A DNA stretch of 64,000 bases from an uncultured Prevotellaceae bacterium (GCA_900317835.1 ONIL01000007.1:3527-67526); one strand, 5' to 3'. Positions 19,924 to 29,851 are shown, counted from the stretch's first letter. A program made the numbers and translations. The notes: a model not told the origin generated them from the letters alone.

Positions 19924-20898
19924 CTAGTATTTTCTGCCTGCAAGGCGGTTGGCAAGAGCAATGAAGGCATCACGATCTTCATCGCTGATTTTCAATCGGT
20001 TGAAAGCTTCCACCGCAAGGTCGTTATAATGGGTGATTGCGTCCATGGCCAACTGACGAACGCCCAATCGCTCGTACAGGGCAGTCACAGCGGGCACCTT
20101 GTCGTCACGTGTGGCATACGGGTCGTTGAGCCAGTGGCGCAACTCATCGGCATCATCACCCTTGACAAGGCGCATGGCATTGATGAGAAGATAGGTCTTT
20201 TTATTGTTCATGATATCACCGCCAATCTCCTTGCCAAAGGTCTCGGGATCGCCCCACACGTCAAGCATGTCGTCCATGAGTTGGAATGCCAGTCCCATAT
20301 TCACGCCAGCCTCGTAGAGCGTGTCGGCTTGCTCCTCGCCGGCATCGGCAATGAGGGCGCCCATCTTGAGCGCACAACCCAGCAGGACCGACGTCTTGAG
20401 CCTGATCATCTTGATATACTCATCGACAGTAACATCGTTGAGCTGCTCATAGTCCATGTCCCATTGCTGCCCCTCATAGATCTCGATGGCGGTCTTGTTG
20501 AACAGGTCCATCACCTGCCAATTGGAACAGCGCGCAATATACTGCGTGGCAATCGTCAACATCGTGTCTCCGCTCAGGATGGCCGTGTTGTCATTCCAGC
20601 GGCGGTGCACGGTGGCTTTGCCGCGACGCACGTCGGCATTGTCCATCACGTCATCATGCAATAGTGTGAAGTTGTGAAACATTTCCAGTCCCACGGCAGC
20701 ATCAAGTGCCATCGAGCAATCGCCGCCCATGGCGTCACACGCCATCAGCATCAAGACGGGACGGATGCGCTTGCCGCCCAGTGCCATGTGATAGGCGATA
20801 GGTTCATACAATTGTGAGGGTGCGTCGGGATAAGGTATCGCGTCAATCGCTCGATTGACCAGATCCAGGTATTCTTGGAATGATTTCATAGTTATCAA
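19924..20898 (-). CDS. ispA: Polyprenyl (FPP/GGPP) synthase
   Basis: GGKRIRP, LLHDDVMD..RRG (FARM), KTS, FQLMDDMLD (SARM). Confidence 0.88.
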   Translation of the reverse strand: MITMKSFQEYLDLVNRAIDAIPYPDAPSQLYEPIAYHMALGGKRIRPVLMLMACDAMGGDCSMALDAAVGLEMFHNFTLLHDDVMDNADVRRGKATVHRRWNDNTAILSGDTMLTIATQYIARCSNWQVMDLFNKTAIEIYEGQQWDMDYEQLNDVTVDEYIKMIRLKTSVLLGCALKMGALIADAGEEQADTLYEAGVNMGLAFQLMDDMLDVWGDPETFGKEIGGDIMNNKKTYLLINAMRLVKGDDADELRHWLNDPYATRDDKVPAVTALYERLGVRQLAMDAITHYNDLAVEAFNRLKISDEDRDAFIALANRLAGRKY

Positions 20899-20904
20899 TC
20901 GTGG

Positions 20905-21564
20905 TTATTTTTTGATTTTCAGAGCTGATTTATAGGCTTTCTCAAAGGTCTTAAAATCCTCTTCAGTATAAATACCCCGCAGCTCGTTAATGCGGGTGTT
21001 GATATCGGCCATGTCGGCATTGGGCTGGTTCGCGTCTTCGGCCAGTGCTGCCCCTAGGGCCGCCGGTCGCGATGCCTGGGCATACACAAGCATCTGCTCA
21101 TGAACCGACAAATTGTCAACCGATGCCTGCAATGTACTGTCAAACACCTGGGCATGACGGGTATAGCCAAACACATCACACAACCAGTGAATGAGTGACA
21201 GATGGTCGGCAGCCGAGTCGGGCTCATCCTCGTGACGCATCAGCACCTCAACCATCGTCTGGCACTTGCGTTGGGCCAGTTCGGTGGGCGACAGCACTAT
21301 CACGTTGGCCGCTTGGAACAGCGAGTCACGGCCATCGGCCAGCAGCGGTTCTGTAAAGGCTCGGTTGGCCGCCTTGACCTCCCATGGCCAGCGCAGGCTG
21401 TCGTCACGCAAAGCATTGAAACGCTGCACGACCTGCCGCATCGCGGCTGTGTCGCCCCATGCGGCCATGAACGCGCGTCCTGCCGCGTCGCCACGTTTAC
21501 GGGCCCCGCTGCATGCGGTCAACAACAGTATGAGGCCCATCAATATCAAGGGTAACTTCTTCAT
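20905..21564 (-). CDS. Hypothetical helical lipoprotein
   Basis: Lipobox LLTAC. Confidence 0.7.
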   Translation of the reverse strand: MKKLPLILMGLILLLTACSGARKRGDAAGRAFMAAWGDTAAMRQVVQRFNALRDDSLRWPWEVKAANRAFTEPLLADGRDSLFQAANVIVLSPTELAQRKCQTMVEVLMRHEDEPDSAADHLSLIHWLCDVFGYTRHAQVFDSTLQASVDNLSVHEQMLVYAQASRPAALGAALAEDANQPNADMADINTRINELRGIYTEEDFKTFEKAYKSALKIKK

Positions 21565-21566
21565 CG

Positions 21567-21875
21567 TTATTTTGCGTCTTCGGGGAATATCGAGTGATAC
21601 AATGGTTTATCTTTCTCCTTGAGATAGGCACGGAAGGCCTCTTCGAACGCCTTGACCGCCGCCGAGTCGCGTTGGAGCGCATAGGCGCTCTGCTTTGCCT
21701 TGGCATCAATCACGGCACGTTCCATTGCCATTGTGTCGGTGTGGTCAACGGCAACCAGCGCAGCCGCAGCCCTCATGCCGCTATCACGAGCCTCGGCGTC
21801 CAGCGGCGACTTCTTCTCGGTGCAAGCGCCCAGCAGTACAGCCATTAACATTACTATATACAACAAATGCCTCAT
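21567..21875 (-). CDS. Small hypothetical helical lipoprotein
   Basis: Lipobox LLGAC; 2 bp from the next gene; TAAGTTTG promoter upstream on the minus strand. Confidence 0.7.
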   Translation of the reverse strand: MRHLLYIVMLMAVLLGACTEKKSPLDAEARDSGMRAAAALVAVDHTDTMAMERAVIDAKAKQSAYALQRDSAAVKAFEEAFRAYLKEKDKPLYHSIFPEDAK

Positions 21876-21983
21876 TATTCAGATATTTGCCGCAAACTTA
21901 CAAAAAAACCGGGAACATCCACTCGATTCTCACCCAAAAATTAAGTATATTTGCAGCAATTAACCATCAATACAAAAAAAGAA

Positions 21984-22976
21984 ATGGACGAACTGGAGAT
22001 TTTCAAGCGCATTGGTCTCAATGACCAAAACGAAGCCAAAGAGGCAATGAATCTTTTCCTCAATGAATACAGTAAGATAACGGGCACGCCCGAAGAGGAC
22101 GTCAGTGCTAAGTTACGGCGTCCTGAGGATATCGAACCCGAAGACGAGACATTGATTGATGGGGATATTCAGTCGGTAATTGTAACGCGGCCCGATGGCA
22201 CGACGACGATTGATCTTGATCGTTCCGTCAAAATCAAATTGGTGCTCGCCAATATCAAGAAATGGTTCACTAAGGAGACGTTGCCCGTGGCCAAGAGAAT
22301 TGCCCGAATGATCTCGGACAACGATACCGACATCGAACCCGTGGGCGACTATGTGCGCATGGCGGCTCATGTGTATGGGGACCTGTATGACAGCATTTTG
22401 ACCCATCAATGGAAATGCCTGGGCAATGAATACAATAACATCAAACTCGATGATGACAAATCGGGGCTCAGAGCAATGTTGTATGTCAACCAGGAGCAAT
22501 ATGAAAAGCCCCGATATGCCTATGCCATTTCAGGAACGCAGGATGCAAAAGACTGGCTCACCAATTTGGGTCAAGTAGTGGGTATTAGCGACCAGCATGA
22601 CCAGGCTGCCGAGGCTGCCGAAAGCCTTGCTGCCGAATTGGGAATCGAGAACCTGACCATTGTCGGCCACAGCAAGGGTGGTGGCCAAGCGGCTTACTGT
22701 GCATTGCGTACCGGATGCGACGCCATTACATTTAACCCTGCAGGGCTTGGACTTTATAAGTTCAACCTGGAACGACCGTCGTCCCCACGCATCGACTCAT
22801 TTGTCATGACTACCGACCCGCTCAACATCTTCCAACTTGTTGCTCAGTTGATTGCTTTTGACATTACCGCCGACGGTTCAGTCCACTACATCAAGCCCGC
22901 CAAGCACACCGTTTTCAACATCGACAACACGCACGGAATGGCAGGTTTCCTTCATCTGTTGGGCATTGACCTGTAA
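21984..22976 (+). CDS. Alpha/beta-hydrolase (lipase class 3 / DUF2974-like)
   Basis: IVGHSKGGGQA nucleophile elbow, AISGTQ, ITFNPAG, DPL, C-terminal HGM; start at ATG 21984 after a TATATTTG promoter. Confidence 0.8.
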   Translation: MDELEIFKRIGLNDQNEAKEAMNLFLNEYSKITGTPEEDVSAKLRRPEDIEPEDETLIDGDIQSVIVTRPDGTTTIDLDRSVKIKLVLANIKKWFTKETLPVAKRIARMISDNDTDIEPVGDYVRMAAHVYGDLYDSILTHQWKCLGNEYNNIKLDDDKSGLRAMLYVNQEQYEKPRYAYAISGTQDAKDWLTNLGQVVGISDQHDQAAEAAESLAAELGIENLTIVGHSKGGGQAAYCALRTGCDAITFNPAGLGLYKFNLERPSSPRIDSFVMTTDPLNIFQLVAQLIAFDITADGSVHYIKPAKHTVFNIDNTHGMAGFLHLLGIDL

Positions 22977-23143
22977 TTTTTGATTAATTAGGCTGTGTCT
23001 CGGGTTTCCACAAATAAAATTGATATTTTATTTAGCACTCCGCTCGACTTGCACTAATTTTTGATTAATTAGGCTGCGTCTCGGTTTTGCACAAATAAAA
23101 TTGATATTTTATTTGGCACTCCGCTCGACTTGCACTAATTTTG
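22974..23143. repeat. Two tandem 81-bp palindromic (REP-like) units
   Basis: Units at 22974-23054 and 23055-23135 differ at 4 positions; each folds AATTAG...CAAATAAAAT-TGAT-ATTTTATTT...CTAATT. Confidence 0.9.
23112..23143 (+). promoter_or_regulatory. Sigma-A promoter (TTTG-N20-TAATTTTG) for the hut operon, formed by the second repeat unit
   Basis: Consensus -33/-7 spacing; no other TAnnTTTG between it and ATG 23199. Confidence 0.65.
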
Positions 23144-23198
23144 TGGCTAGAATTAACCTTTAAACAATAAGAACTGAATACAAACATCTAACTATCAA

Positions 23199-24908
23199 AT
23201 GAGTATGGAGAAAAAAATCGTGGAATGCGTGCCTAACTTCAGTGAGGGACGCAACATGGCCATTATCAAACAAATTACTGATGAGATTGAAAAAGTGAAG
23301 GGCGTGAAACTGCTCGACGTGGACCCGGGAGAGGCTACCAACCGCACGGTGGTGACCTTCGTGGGAGAACCTGATGCAGTGCTCGAAGCAGCCTTCCAGG
23401 CCGTTGGCAAGGCTGGTCAACTCATCGACATGCGTGGACACCATGGTGCTCACCCCCGTATGGGTGCCACCGACGTGTGCCCGCTCATCCCCGTGGCCGG
23501 CATCACCCTGGAGGAGTGTGCCGAACTGGCCCACAAACTGGCCGAGCGCATCGCCCGCGAACACAATATCCCTTGCTACTGCTATGAGGCAGCAGCGATG
23601 AAGCCCGGACGCCAAAATCTGGCCGTATGCCGTGCTGGCGAATACGAGGCGCTGCCCGAGAAGATGGGTAATCCCGAGAAGGGTCCCGACTTTGGCGACC
23701 GCCCCTTTGACGAAGGTGTTGCCCGCACCGGTTGCACCGCAGTGGGTGCCCGCGACTTCCTCATCGCCGTGAACTACAACCTGAACACCACCTCGACCCG
23801 CCGCGCCAACGCCATCGCATTTGACGTGCGTGAGAAGGGACGCCCTGTGCGTGAGGGCAACCCCATCACCGGCAAGATTGTCAAGGACGAGAACGGTAAT
23901 AACGTGATGAAGCCCGGTACGCTCAAGGGCACCAAGGCCATCGGCTGGTATATCGACGAGTACAAGATCGCTCAGGTATCGATGAACATTACCAACATCA
24001 ACGTCACCCCGCTGCACGTCGCCTTTGACGAAGTGTGCCGTTGCGCCCAGAACCGCGGCATCCGCGTCACGGGTACCGAGATTGTGGGTCTGATGCCTAA
24101 GCGCTGCCTTATCGAGGCCGGCAAGTACTTCCTCGAGAAACAGCAACGCTCGACGGGTATCCCCGAGGAGGACATCATCAACATCGCCATCCACTCGATG
24201 GGTCTGGACGACCTCAAGCCCTTCGACCCGCAGGAGAAAGTCATCGAATTCATGCTCGAGGCCGATAACAAGACCGCAAACCGCCTGGTGGACCTCACCG
24301 TGACCGGATTTGCCGACGAGACATCGCGCGAATCACCCGCTCCCGGCGGCGGCTCCATCAGCGCCTACATGGGCGCGCTGGCCGCTTCGCTGGGTACTAT
24401 GGTTGCCAACCTTTCGAGCCACAAGCCCGGTTGGGACGACCGCTGGAACGAGTTCAGCGTGTGGGCCGACAAGGGTCAGGCCCTCAAGGTAGAGTTGCTC
24501 CATCTCGTTGACGAGGACACCGACGCATTCAACCGCATCATGGCCGCCTTCGGTATGCCCAAGAAGACCGAGGAGGACAAGGCTGCCCGCACGGCCGCTA
24601 TCCAGGACGCAACGCTCTATGCCACCCAGGTGCCCCTGCGCACGATGAAGGCTTCGTTCAAGGCATTCGAGATCTGCCGTGCCATGGTCGAGACCGGTAA
24701 CCCCAACAGTGTGACCGACGCTGGTGTGGGCGCTCTCGCCGCTCGTGCCGCAGTCATCGGTGCAGGCATGAACGTGAAGATCAATGCGTCGAGCCTTACT
24801 GACCGCGCCGTTGCCGAGAAACTCATCGGCGAGGCCAACGAACTCGTTGCCAAGGCCAATGCCGAGGAGGTTGAAATCACCGCTATGGTTGAAGAGAAAA
24901 TCAAATAA
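23199..24908 (+). CDS. ftcd: Bifunctional glutamate formimidoyltransferase / formimino-THF cyclodeaminase
   Basis: IVECVPNFSEGR, HPRMGATDVCP N-domain fused to SPAPGGGSISA...NVKIN cyclodeaminase domain. Confidence 0.93.
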   Translation: MSMEKKIVECVPNFSEGRNMAIIKQITDEIEKVKGVKLLDVDPGEATNRTVVTFVGEPDAVLEAAFQAVGKAGQLIDMRGHHGAHPRMGATDVCPLIPVAGITLEECAELAHKLAERIAREHNIPCYCYEAAAMKPGRQNLAVCRAGEYEALPEKMGNPEKGPDFGDRPFDEGVARTGCTAVGARDFLIAVNYNLNTTSTRRANAIAFDVREKGRPVREGNPITGKIVKDENGNNVMKPGTLKGTKAIGWYIDEYKIAQVSMNITNINVTPLHVAFDEVCRCAQNRGIRVTGTEIVGLMPKRCLIEAGKYFLEKQQRSTGIPEEDIINIAIHSMGLDDLKPFDPQEKVIEFMLEADNKTANRLVDLTVTGFADETSRESPAPGGGSISAYMGALAASLGTMVANLSSHKPGWDDRWNEFSVWADKGQALKVELLHLVDEDTDAFNRIMAAFGMPKKTEEDKAARTAAIQDATLYATQVPLRTMKASFKAFEICRAMVETGNPNSVTDAGVGALAARAAVIGAGMNVKINASSLTDRAVAEKLIGEANELVAKANAEEVEITAMVEEKIK

Positions 24909-24934
24909 AACAAACTAAAATAAGGACATTCATC

Positions 24935-26962
24935 ATGACCAAAGAAGAATTCATTGCCGACATTCGCGGTGGTATCCCCGAGGAACTGCCCGAGTTGCAG
25001 CCCTATGACAAAGAGATTAACCATGCGCCCAAGCGCAAGGACATCCTCACCCCCGAGCAGAAGAAACTCGCCTTGAGGAATGCCCTTCGCTACTTCCCCA
25101 AGCATCTCCATGCCGCCCTGGCACCCGAGTTTGCCGAGGAGCTGAAGAAGTATGGCCGCATCTACATGTACCGCTACCGTCCCAGCTATGAGATGTATGC
25201 CCGTCCCATCGACGAGTATCCCGCACGCTCACGCCAGGCCGCTGCCATCATGCTGATGATCCAGAACAACCTGGATCCCCGTGTGGCACAGCATCCCCAT
25301 GAGCTCATCATCTACGGCGGCAACGGCGCTATCTTCCAGAACTGGGCACAATACCGCCTGGTGATGAAATACCTAAGTGAAATGACCGACGAGCAGACGC
25401 TCGTGATGTACTCAGGACACCCCCTGGGCCTGTTCCCCTCGCACAAGAATGCTCCCCGCGTGGTGGTTACCAATGGTATGGTAATCCCCAACTACAGCAA
25501 GCCAGACGACTGGGAGCGTGACAACGCCCTGGGCGTGAGCCAGTACGGCCAGATGACCGCTGGTTCTTATATGTACATTGGACCGCAGGGCATCGTTCAC
25601 GGCACCACCATTACCGTGCTCAACGCAGCCCGCAAGCAGCTCGTGAAGCGCGGCCAGAAGGGTGGCGACATCCACGGCATGCTGTTCGTGACTGCAGGTT
25701 TGGGCGGTATGTCGGGTGCTCAGCCCAAGGCCGGTAACATCGCCGGTGTAGTGAGCGTTACTGCCGAGATTAACCCCCTCGCTGCCGAGAAGCGCTACGA
25801 GCAAGGATGGGTGGATGAGCTGCACGACAACCTCGACGAACTGATTCCCGCCATCCGCAAGGCTGTGGCCGACAAGCGCACCGTCTCGATGGCCTATGTG
25901 GGCAACGTCGTTGACTTGTGGGAGCGCCTCGCAGCCGAGGATATGCATGTTGACCTGGGTAGCGATCAGACCTCGCTGCACAACCCGTGGGCAGGTGGAT
26001 ACTATCCCGTAGGCCTCACCCTCGAGGAGAGCAAGCAGATGATGGCCGAGAATCCTGACCAGTTCAAGGAGCGCGTGCGCGAATCGCTGCGCCGCCAGTG
26101 TGCTGCCATCAACAAGTTGGCCGACAAGGGCATGTACTTCTTTGACTACGGCAACGCCTTCCTGCTCGAGTCGAGCCGTGCTGGTGCCGACATCATGACG
26201 GCCGATGGCAAATTCCGCTATCCGTCCTACGTTCAGGACATCATGGGCCCGATGTTCTTTGACTACGGCTTCGGTCCCTTCCGCTGGGTATGCACCTCAG
26301 GTGATCCCAAGGATCTGGAGACTACCGACCGCCTGGCAGCCCAGGTGCTCGAGGAAATCCGCAAGGACGCTCCCGAGGACATCCAAGGTCAGATGGATGA
26401 CAACATCCATTGGATCAAGGAGGCTGGCCCCAACAAGCTGGTTGTGGGTTCACAGGCCCGTATCCTGTATGCCGACGCCGAGGGTCGCGCCAAGATTGCC
26501 TTGGCATTCAACGACGCCATCCGCAGTGGTGAGCTGAGCGCTCCCGTCGTGCTCGGTCGTGACCATCACGACGTGTCGGGTACCGACTCGCCCTTCCGCG
26601 AGACCAGCAACATCTATGACGGCTCACAGTTCTGTGCCGACATGGCAGTCCAGAACGTGATTGGCGACTCCTTCCGCGGCGCCACGTGGGTAAGTATCCA
26701 CAACGGCGGCGGTGTAGGCTGGGGCGAGGTCATCAATGGTGGCTTTGGTATGGCTATCGATGGCAGCGAGGATTCGGCTCGTCATATCCGCGAGATGCTC
26801 TTCTGGGATGTGAACAACGGTATCGCACGCCGCAGCTGGGCCCGCAATAAGGGTTCGATGGATGCTATCCGCCGTGAAATGGAGCGCACGCCCGAGTTGA
26901 CCGTCACCATGCCCAACCTGGTTGACGACGATGTGATTGACAATGCCGTGACCATCTTCTAA
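24935..26962 (+). CDS. hutU: Urocanate hydratase
   Basis: YGQMTAGSYMYIGPQGIVHGT, GLGGMSGAQPKA, SDQTSLHNP, GRDHHDVSGTDSPFRET, HNGGGVGWG. Confidence 0.97.
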   Translation: MTKEEFIADIRGGIPEELPELQPYDKEINHAPKRKDILTPEQKKLALRNALRYFPKHLHAALAPEFAEELKKYGRIYMYRYRPSYEMYARPIDEYPARSRQAAAIMLMIQNNLDPRVAQHPHELIIYGGNGAIFQNWAQYRLVMKYLSEMTDEQTLVMYSGHPLGLFPSHKNAPRVVVTNGMVIPNYSKPDDWERDNALGVSQYGQMTAGSYMYIGPQGIVHGTTITVLNAARKQLVKRGQKGGDIHGMLFVTAGLGGMSGAQPKAGNIAGVVSVTAEINPLAAEKRYEQGWVDELHDNLDELIPAIRKAVADKRTVSMAYVGNVVDLWERLAAEDMHVDLGSDQTSLHNPWAGGYYPVGLTLEESKQMMAENPDQFKERVRESLRRQCAAINKLADKGMYFFDYGNAFLLESSRAGADIMTADGKFRYPSYVQDIMGPMFFDYGFGPFRWVCTSGDPKDLETTDRLAAQVLEEIRKDAPEDIQGQMDDNIHWIKEAGPNKLVVGSQARILYADAEGRAKIALAFNDAIRSGELSAPVVLGRDHHDVSGTDSPFRETSNIYDGSQFCADMAVQNVIGDSFRGATWVSIHNGGGVGWGEVINGGFGMAIDGSEDSARHIREMLFWDVNNGIARRSWARNKGSMDAIRREMERTPELTVTMPNLVDDDVIDNAVTIF

Positions 26963-26998
26963 TTTTTGTTGAATTACCTAATATCGTAACATATTAAT

Positions 26999-28486
26999 AT
27001 GACACATCAAATCAGTGCCGAGCATCTCACGATCCAAAAAATCGCCGAGATCATTGAAGGCCATCATACGCTCAAGCTCAGTGCCGATGCCGTCAAGCGC
27101 ATCACCCACTGCCGTGAATACCTCGACAAGAAGATTGCCGAGAGCGAGAAACCCATCTATGGCGTGACCACGGGTTTCGGTTCGCTGTGCAAAATCTCCA
27201 TCAGCAACGACCAGTTGTCCCAGCTGCAAATCAACCTGATGATGTCTCATGCCTGCGGCGTGGGCGAACGCGTGCCCAACGACATCGTCAAGATCATGAT
27301 CCTGCTCAAGGTGCAGTCACTCTCCTATGGTTACTCGGGCGTGAAGCTTGACACCGTCGAGCGACTCATCGACCTGTTCAACAACGACGTTTATCCTGTG
27401 GTCTACAAGCAGGGTTCGGTAGGTGCATCGGGCGACCTCGTGCCGCTGGCTCACCTCTGCCTGCCCATCGTGGGCCTGGGACAAGTGGAATACAAGGGCG
27501 AACTCATGAGCGGTGCCGACCTGTGCAAGAAGATGGGCTGGGAGCCCGTCAAGCTGGGTTCCAAGGAAGGCCTGGCATTGTTGAACGGTACCCAGAACAT
27601 GAGCGCACACGCCGTGTGGGCTCTCATTAAGGCCGAGCGTCTGAGCCGTTGGGCTGATGTCATCGCTGCCATCTCGTTGGAGGCTTACGATGGCCGCATC
27701 GAGCCGTTCACCCACGCTGTGCATGCCGTTCGTCCCCACCAGGGCCAGATCGAGACGGCTGCCCGCATGCGCGAGCTGCTCGACGGCAGTGAACTCATCC
27801 GTCAACCCAAGGTCAACGTGCAGGATCCTTATTCGTTCCGCTGCATCCCGCAGGTTCACGGTTCAGTGAAGGACACCATCCGCTACGTCGGCTCGGTCAT
27901 CGACACCGAAATCAACTCGGCAACCGATAATCCCACCGTTTGCCCAGATGACGACCTCATCATCTCGGCCGGTAACTTCCACGGTGAGCCCATCGCCATG
28001 CCCATGGACTTCCTGTGCATCGCCATGGCTGAGCTGAGCAACATCTCGGAGCGCCGCACCTACAAGCTCGTGTCTGGCACCCGTGACCTGCCCAGCTTCC
28101 TCGTGGCACAGCCCGGTGTAAACAGCGGTTTCATGATTCCGCAGTACACCGCCGCAGCCATCGCCAGCCAGAGCAAGACGCTGTGTATGCCCTCGTCGGC
28201 CGACACAATTCCCACCTCGCAAGGTCAGGAAGACCACGTGAGCATGGGTGCCAATGCCGGTGTGAAGCTGTGTAAGGTGGTCGAGAACACTGAGCGCGTA
28301 CTGGCTATTGAGCTCTTCAATGCCGCCCAGGCACTGGAGTTCCGCCGCCCGCTCAAGTCATCGTCGATACTTGAACATGTCCTGGCCAACTATCGCAAGG
28401 TGGTTCCCTTTATCAACGAGGACCAACCCATGTATCCGCACATTGCCAAGTCGGTAGAATTCCTGCAGAGCAACAAGATTGACTAA
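26999..28486 (+). CDS. hutH: Histidine ammonia-lyase
   Basis: YGVTTGFG, GSVGASGDL (MIO), KEGLALLNGT, QDPYSFRC, GNFHG, QEDHVSMG. Confidence 0.97.
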   Translation: MTHQISAEHLTIQKIAEIIEGHHTLKLSADAVKRITHCREYLDKKIAESEKPIYGVTTGFGSLCKISISNDQLSQLQINLMMSHACGVGERVPNDIVKIMILLKVQSLSYGYSGVKLDTVERLIDLFNNDVYPVVYKQGSVGASGDLVPLAHLCLPIVGLGQVEYKGELMSGADLCKKMGWEPVKLGSKEGLALLNGTQNMSAHAVWALIKAERLSRWADVIAAISLEAYDGRIEPFTHAVHAVRPHQGQIETAARMRELLDGSELIRQPKVNVQDPYSFRCIPQVHGSVKDTIRYVGSVIDTEINSATDNPTVCPDDDLIISAGNFHGEPIAMPMDFLCIAMAELSNISERRTYKLVSGTRDLPSFLVAQPGVNSGFMIPQYTAAAIASQSKTLCMPSSADTIPTSQGQEDHVSMGANAGVKLCKVVENTERVLAIELFNAAQALEFRRPLKSSSILEHVLANYRKVVPFINEDQPMYPHIAKSVEFLQSNKID

Positions 28487-28495
28487 CAACTATTT

Positions 28496-28568
28496 CTCAC
28501 GCTAAGTCGCTAAGACGCTAAGAACATTATATAATTATAAACTTAGCGACTTCGCGGCTTAGCGTGAG
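28496..28568. repeat. 27-bp imperfect inverted repeat built of CGCTAAGN octamers (REP/MITE-like)
   Basis: CTCACGCTAAGTCGCTAAGACGCTAAG (28496-28522) versus CTTAGCGACTTCGCGGCTTAGCGTGAG (28542-28568), 3 mismatches, 19-nt AT-rich loop. Confidence 0.8.
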
Positions 28569-28585
28569 GCATTTTTGAACACAAT

Positions 28586-29827
28586 ATGAAAAGATTGATT
28601 AAGAATATCGCTTGCCTGGCAGGCATTGATTCCGACAGGAAACATTGCCTGCGGGGCAGCGAGATGGAAACGCTGAACTGCATCAACGATGCCTGGCTGC
28701 TCGTTGACGGCGACCGCTTTGACTCTTGGGGCGAGATGGCAACCATGCCCGTGCCCGAAGACGGTTGGGAAATCATCGATGCACAGGGCGGCACGGTATT
28801 GCCCTCGTGGTGCGACAGCCACACCCACATCGTGTATGCCGGCAGCCGTGAAGGTGAGTTCGTGGACAAAATTCGCGGCCTCTCCTATGCCGAGATTGCA
28901 CGTCGTGGAGGCGGCATCCTTAATTCAGCCGACCGTCTGCACCTCTTGAGCGAGGATGAGCTCTACGAGCAGGCCATGCGCCGCGTGAGGGAAATCATTG
29001 CCAAGGGCACTGGTGCCGTCGAAATCAAGAGCGGTTACGGCCTGAACACCGAGGATGAGCTGAAGATGTTACGCGTCATCCGCCGTATCAGCGAGACCTC
29101 ATCCATCAAGGTGGTTTCCACCTTCCTGGGTGCCCATGCTGTGGGACGTGAATATACGGGCAGACAGGGCGAGTATGTCGATATGCTTATCCGTGAGATG
29201 ATTCCCGAGGTGGGCAAGCAGCAGTTGGCCGACTTCATCGACGTCTTCTGCGACGAGGGGTTCTTCACCCCCGACGAGACTTCGCGCATCCTTGAAGCTG
29301 GCGCCAAGTGGGGCATGAGGCCCAAAATCCATGTCCAAGAGCTGGCACCGTCAGGCGGTGTCGAGGTCGGTGTGAAACATAACGCCGTTTCGGTCGATCA
29401 CCTTGAGAGCATGATCGACGAGGACATCGAGATGCTCAAGGGCACCAACACCATCCCCACCGGTCTGCCCGGCACCTCGTTCTTCCTGAACATGCCGTTT
29501 GCCCCTGCCCGCAAGATGATTGAAGCCGGACTGCCTGTAGCCACCGCCAGTGACTACAACCCGGGATCCACACCCAGCGGTGACATGAAGTTTGTCGTTT
29601 CTCTGGCATGTATCAAGATGCGACTGCTGCCTGCCGAGGCCATCAACGCAGCCACCATCAACACGGCCGCCGCTATGGACCTGAGCAAGGACTACGGCAG
29701 CATCGCCCAGGGTAAGGTCGCCAACTTCTTCATCACCGACCCCATCCCCTCAATCGACTTCATCCCCTACTCCTACACCACGCCCATCATCGCGAGGACA
29801 TTCCTCCAGGGCCAGGAGGTGAAGTAA
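28586..29827 (+). CDS. hutI: Imidazolonepropionase
   Basis: DSHTH, EIKSGYG, FLGAH, DVFCDEG, KIHVQEL, DHLE, SDYNPG. Confidence 0.96.
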   Translation: MKRLIKNIACLAGIDSDRKHCLRGSEMETLNCINDAWLLVDGDRFDSWGEMATMPVPEDGWEIIDAQGGTVLPSWCDSHTHIVYAGSREGEFVDKIRGLSYAEIARRGGGILNSADRLHLLSEDELYEQAMRRVREIIAKGTGAVEIKSGYGLNTEDELKMLRVIRRISETSSIKVVSTFLGAHAVGREYTGRQGEYVDMLIREMIPEVGKQQLADFIDVFCDEGFFTPDETSRILEAGAKWGMRPKIHVQELAPSGGVEVGVKHNAVSVDHLESMIDEDIEMLKGTNTIPTGLPGTSFFLNMPFAPARKMIEAGLPVATASDYNPGSTPSGDMKFVVSLACIKMRLLPAEAINAATINTAAAMDLSKDYGSIAQGKVANFFITDPIPSIDFIPYSYTTPIIARTFLQGQEVK

Positions 29828-29851
29828 AGACGCCATTCTCAACAAATCACA

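Noticed and set aside
22974-23135. 81-bp repeats as a CRISPR array
   Set aside because: Head-to-tail units with no unique spacers, only two copies, no cas genes
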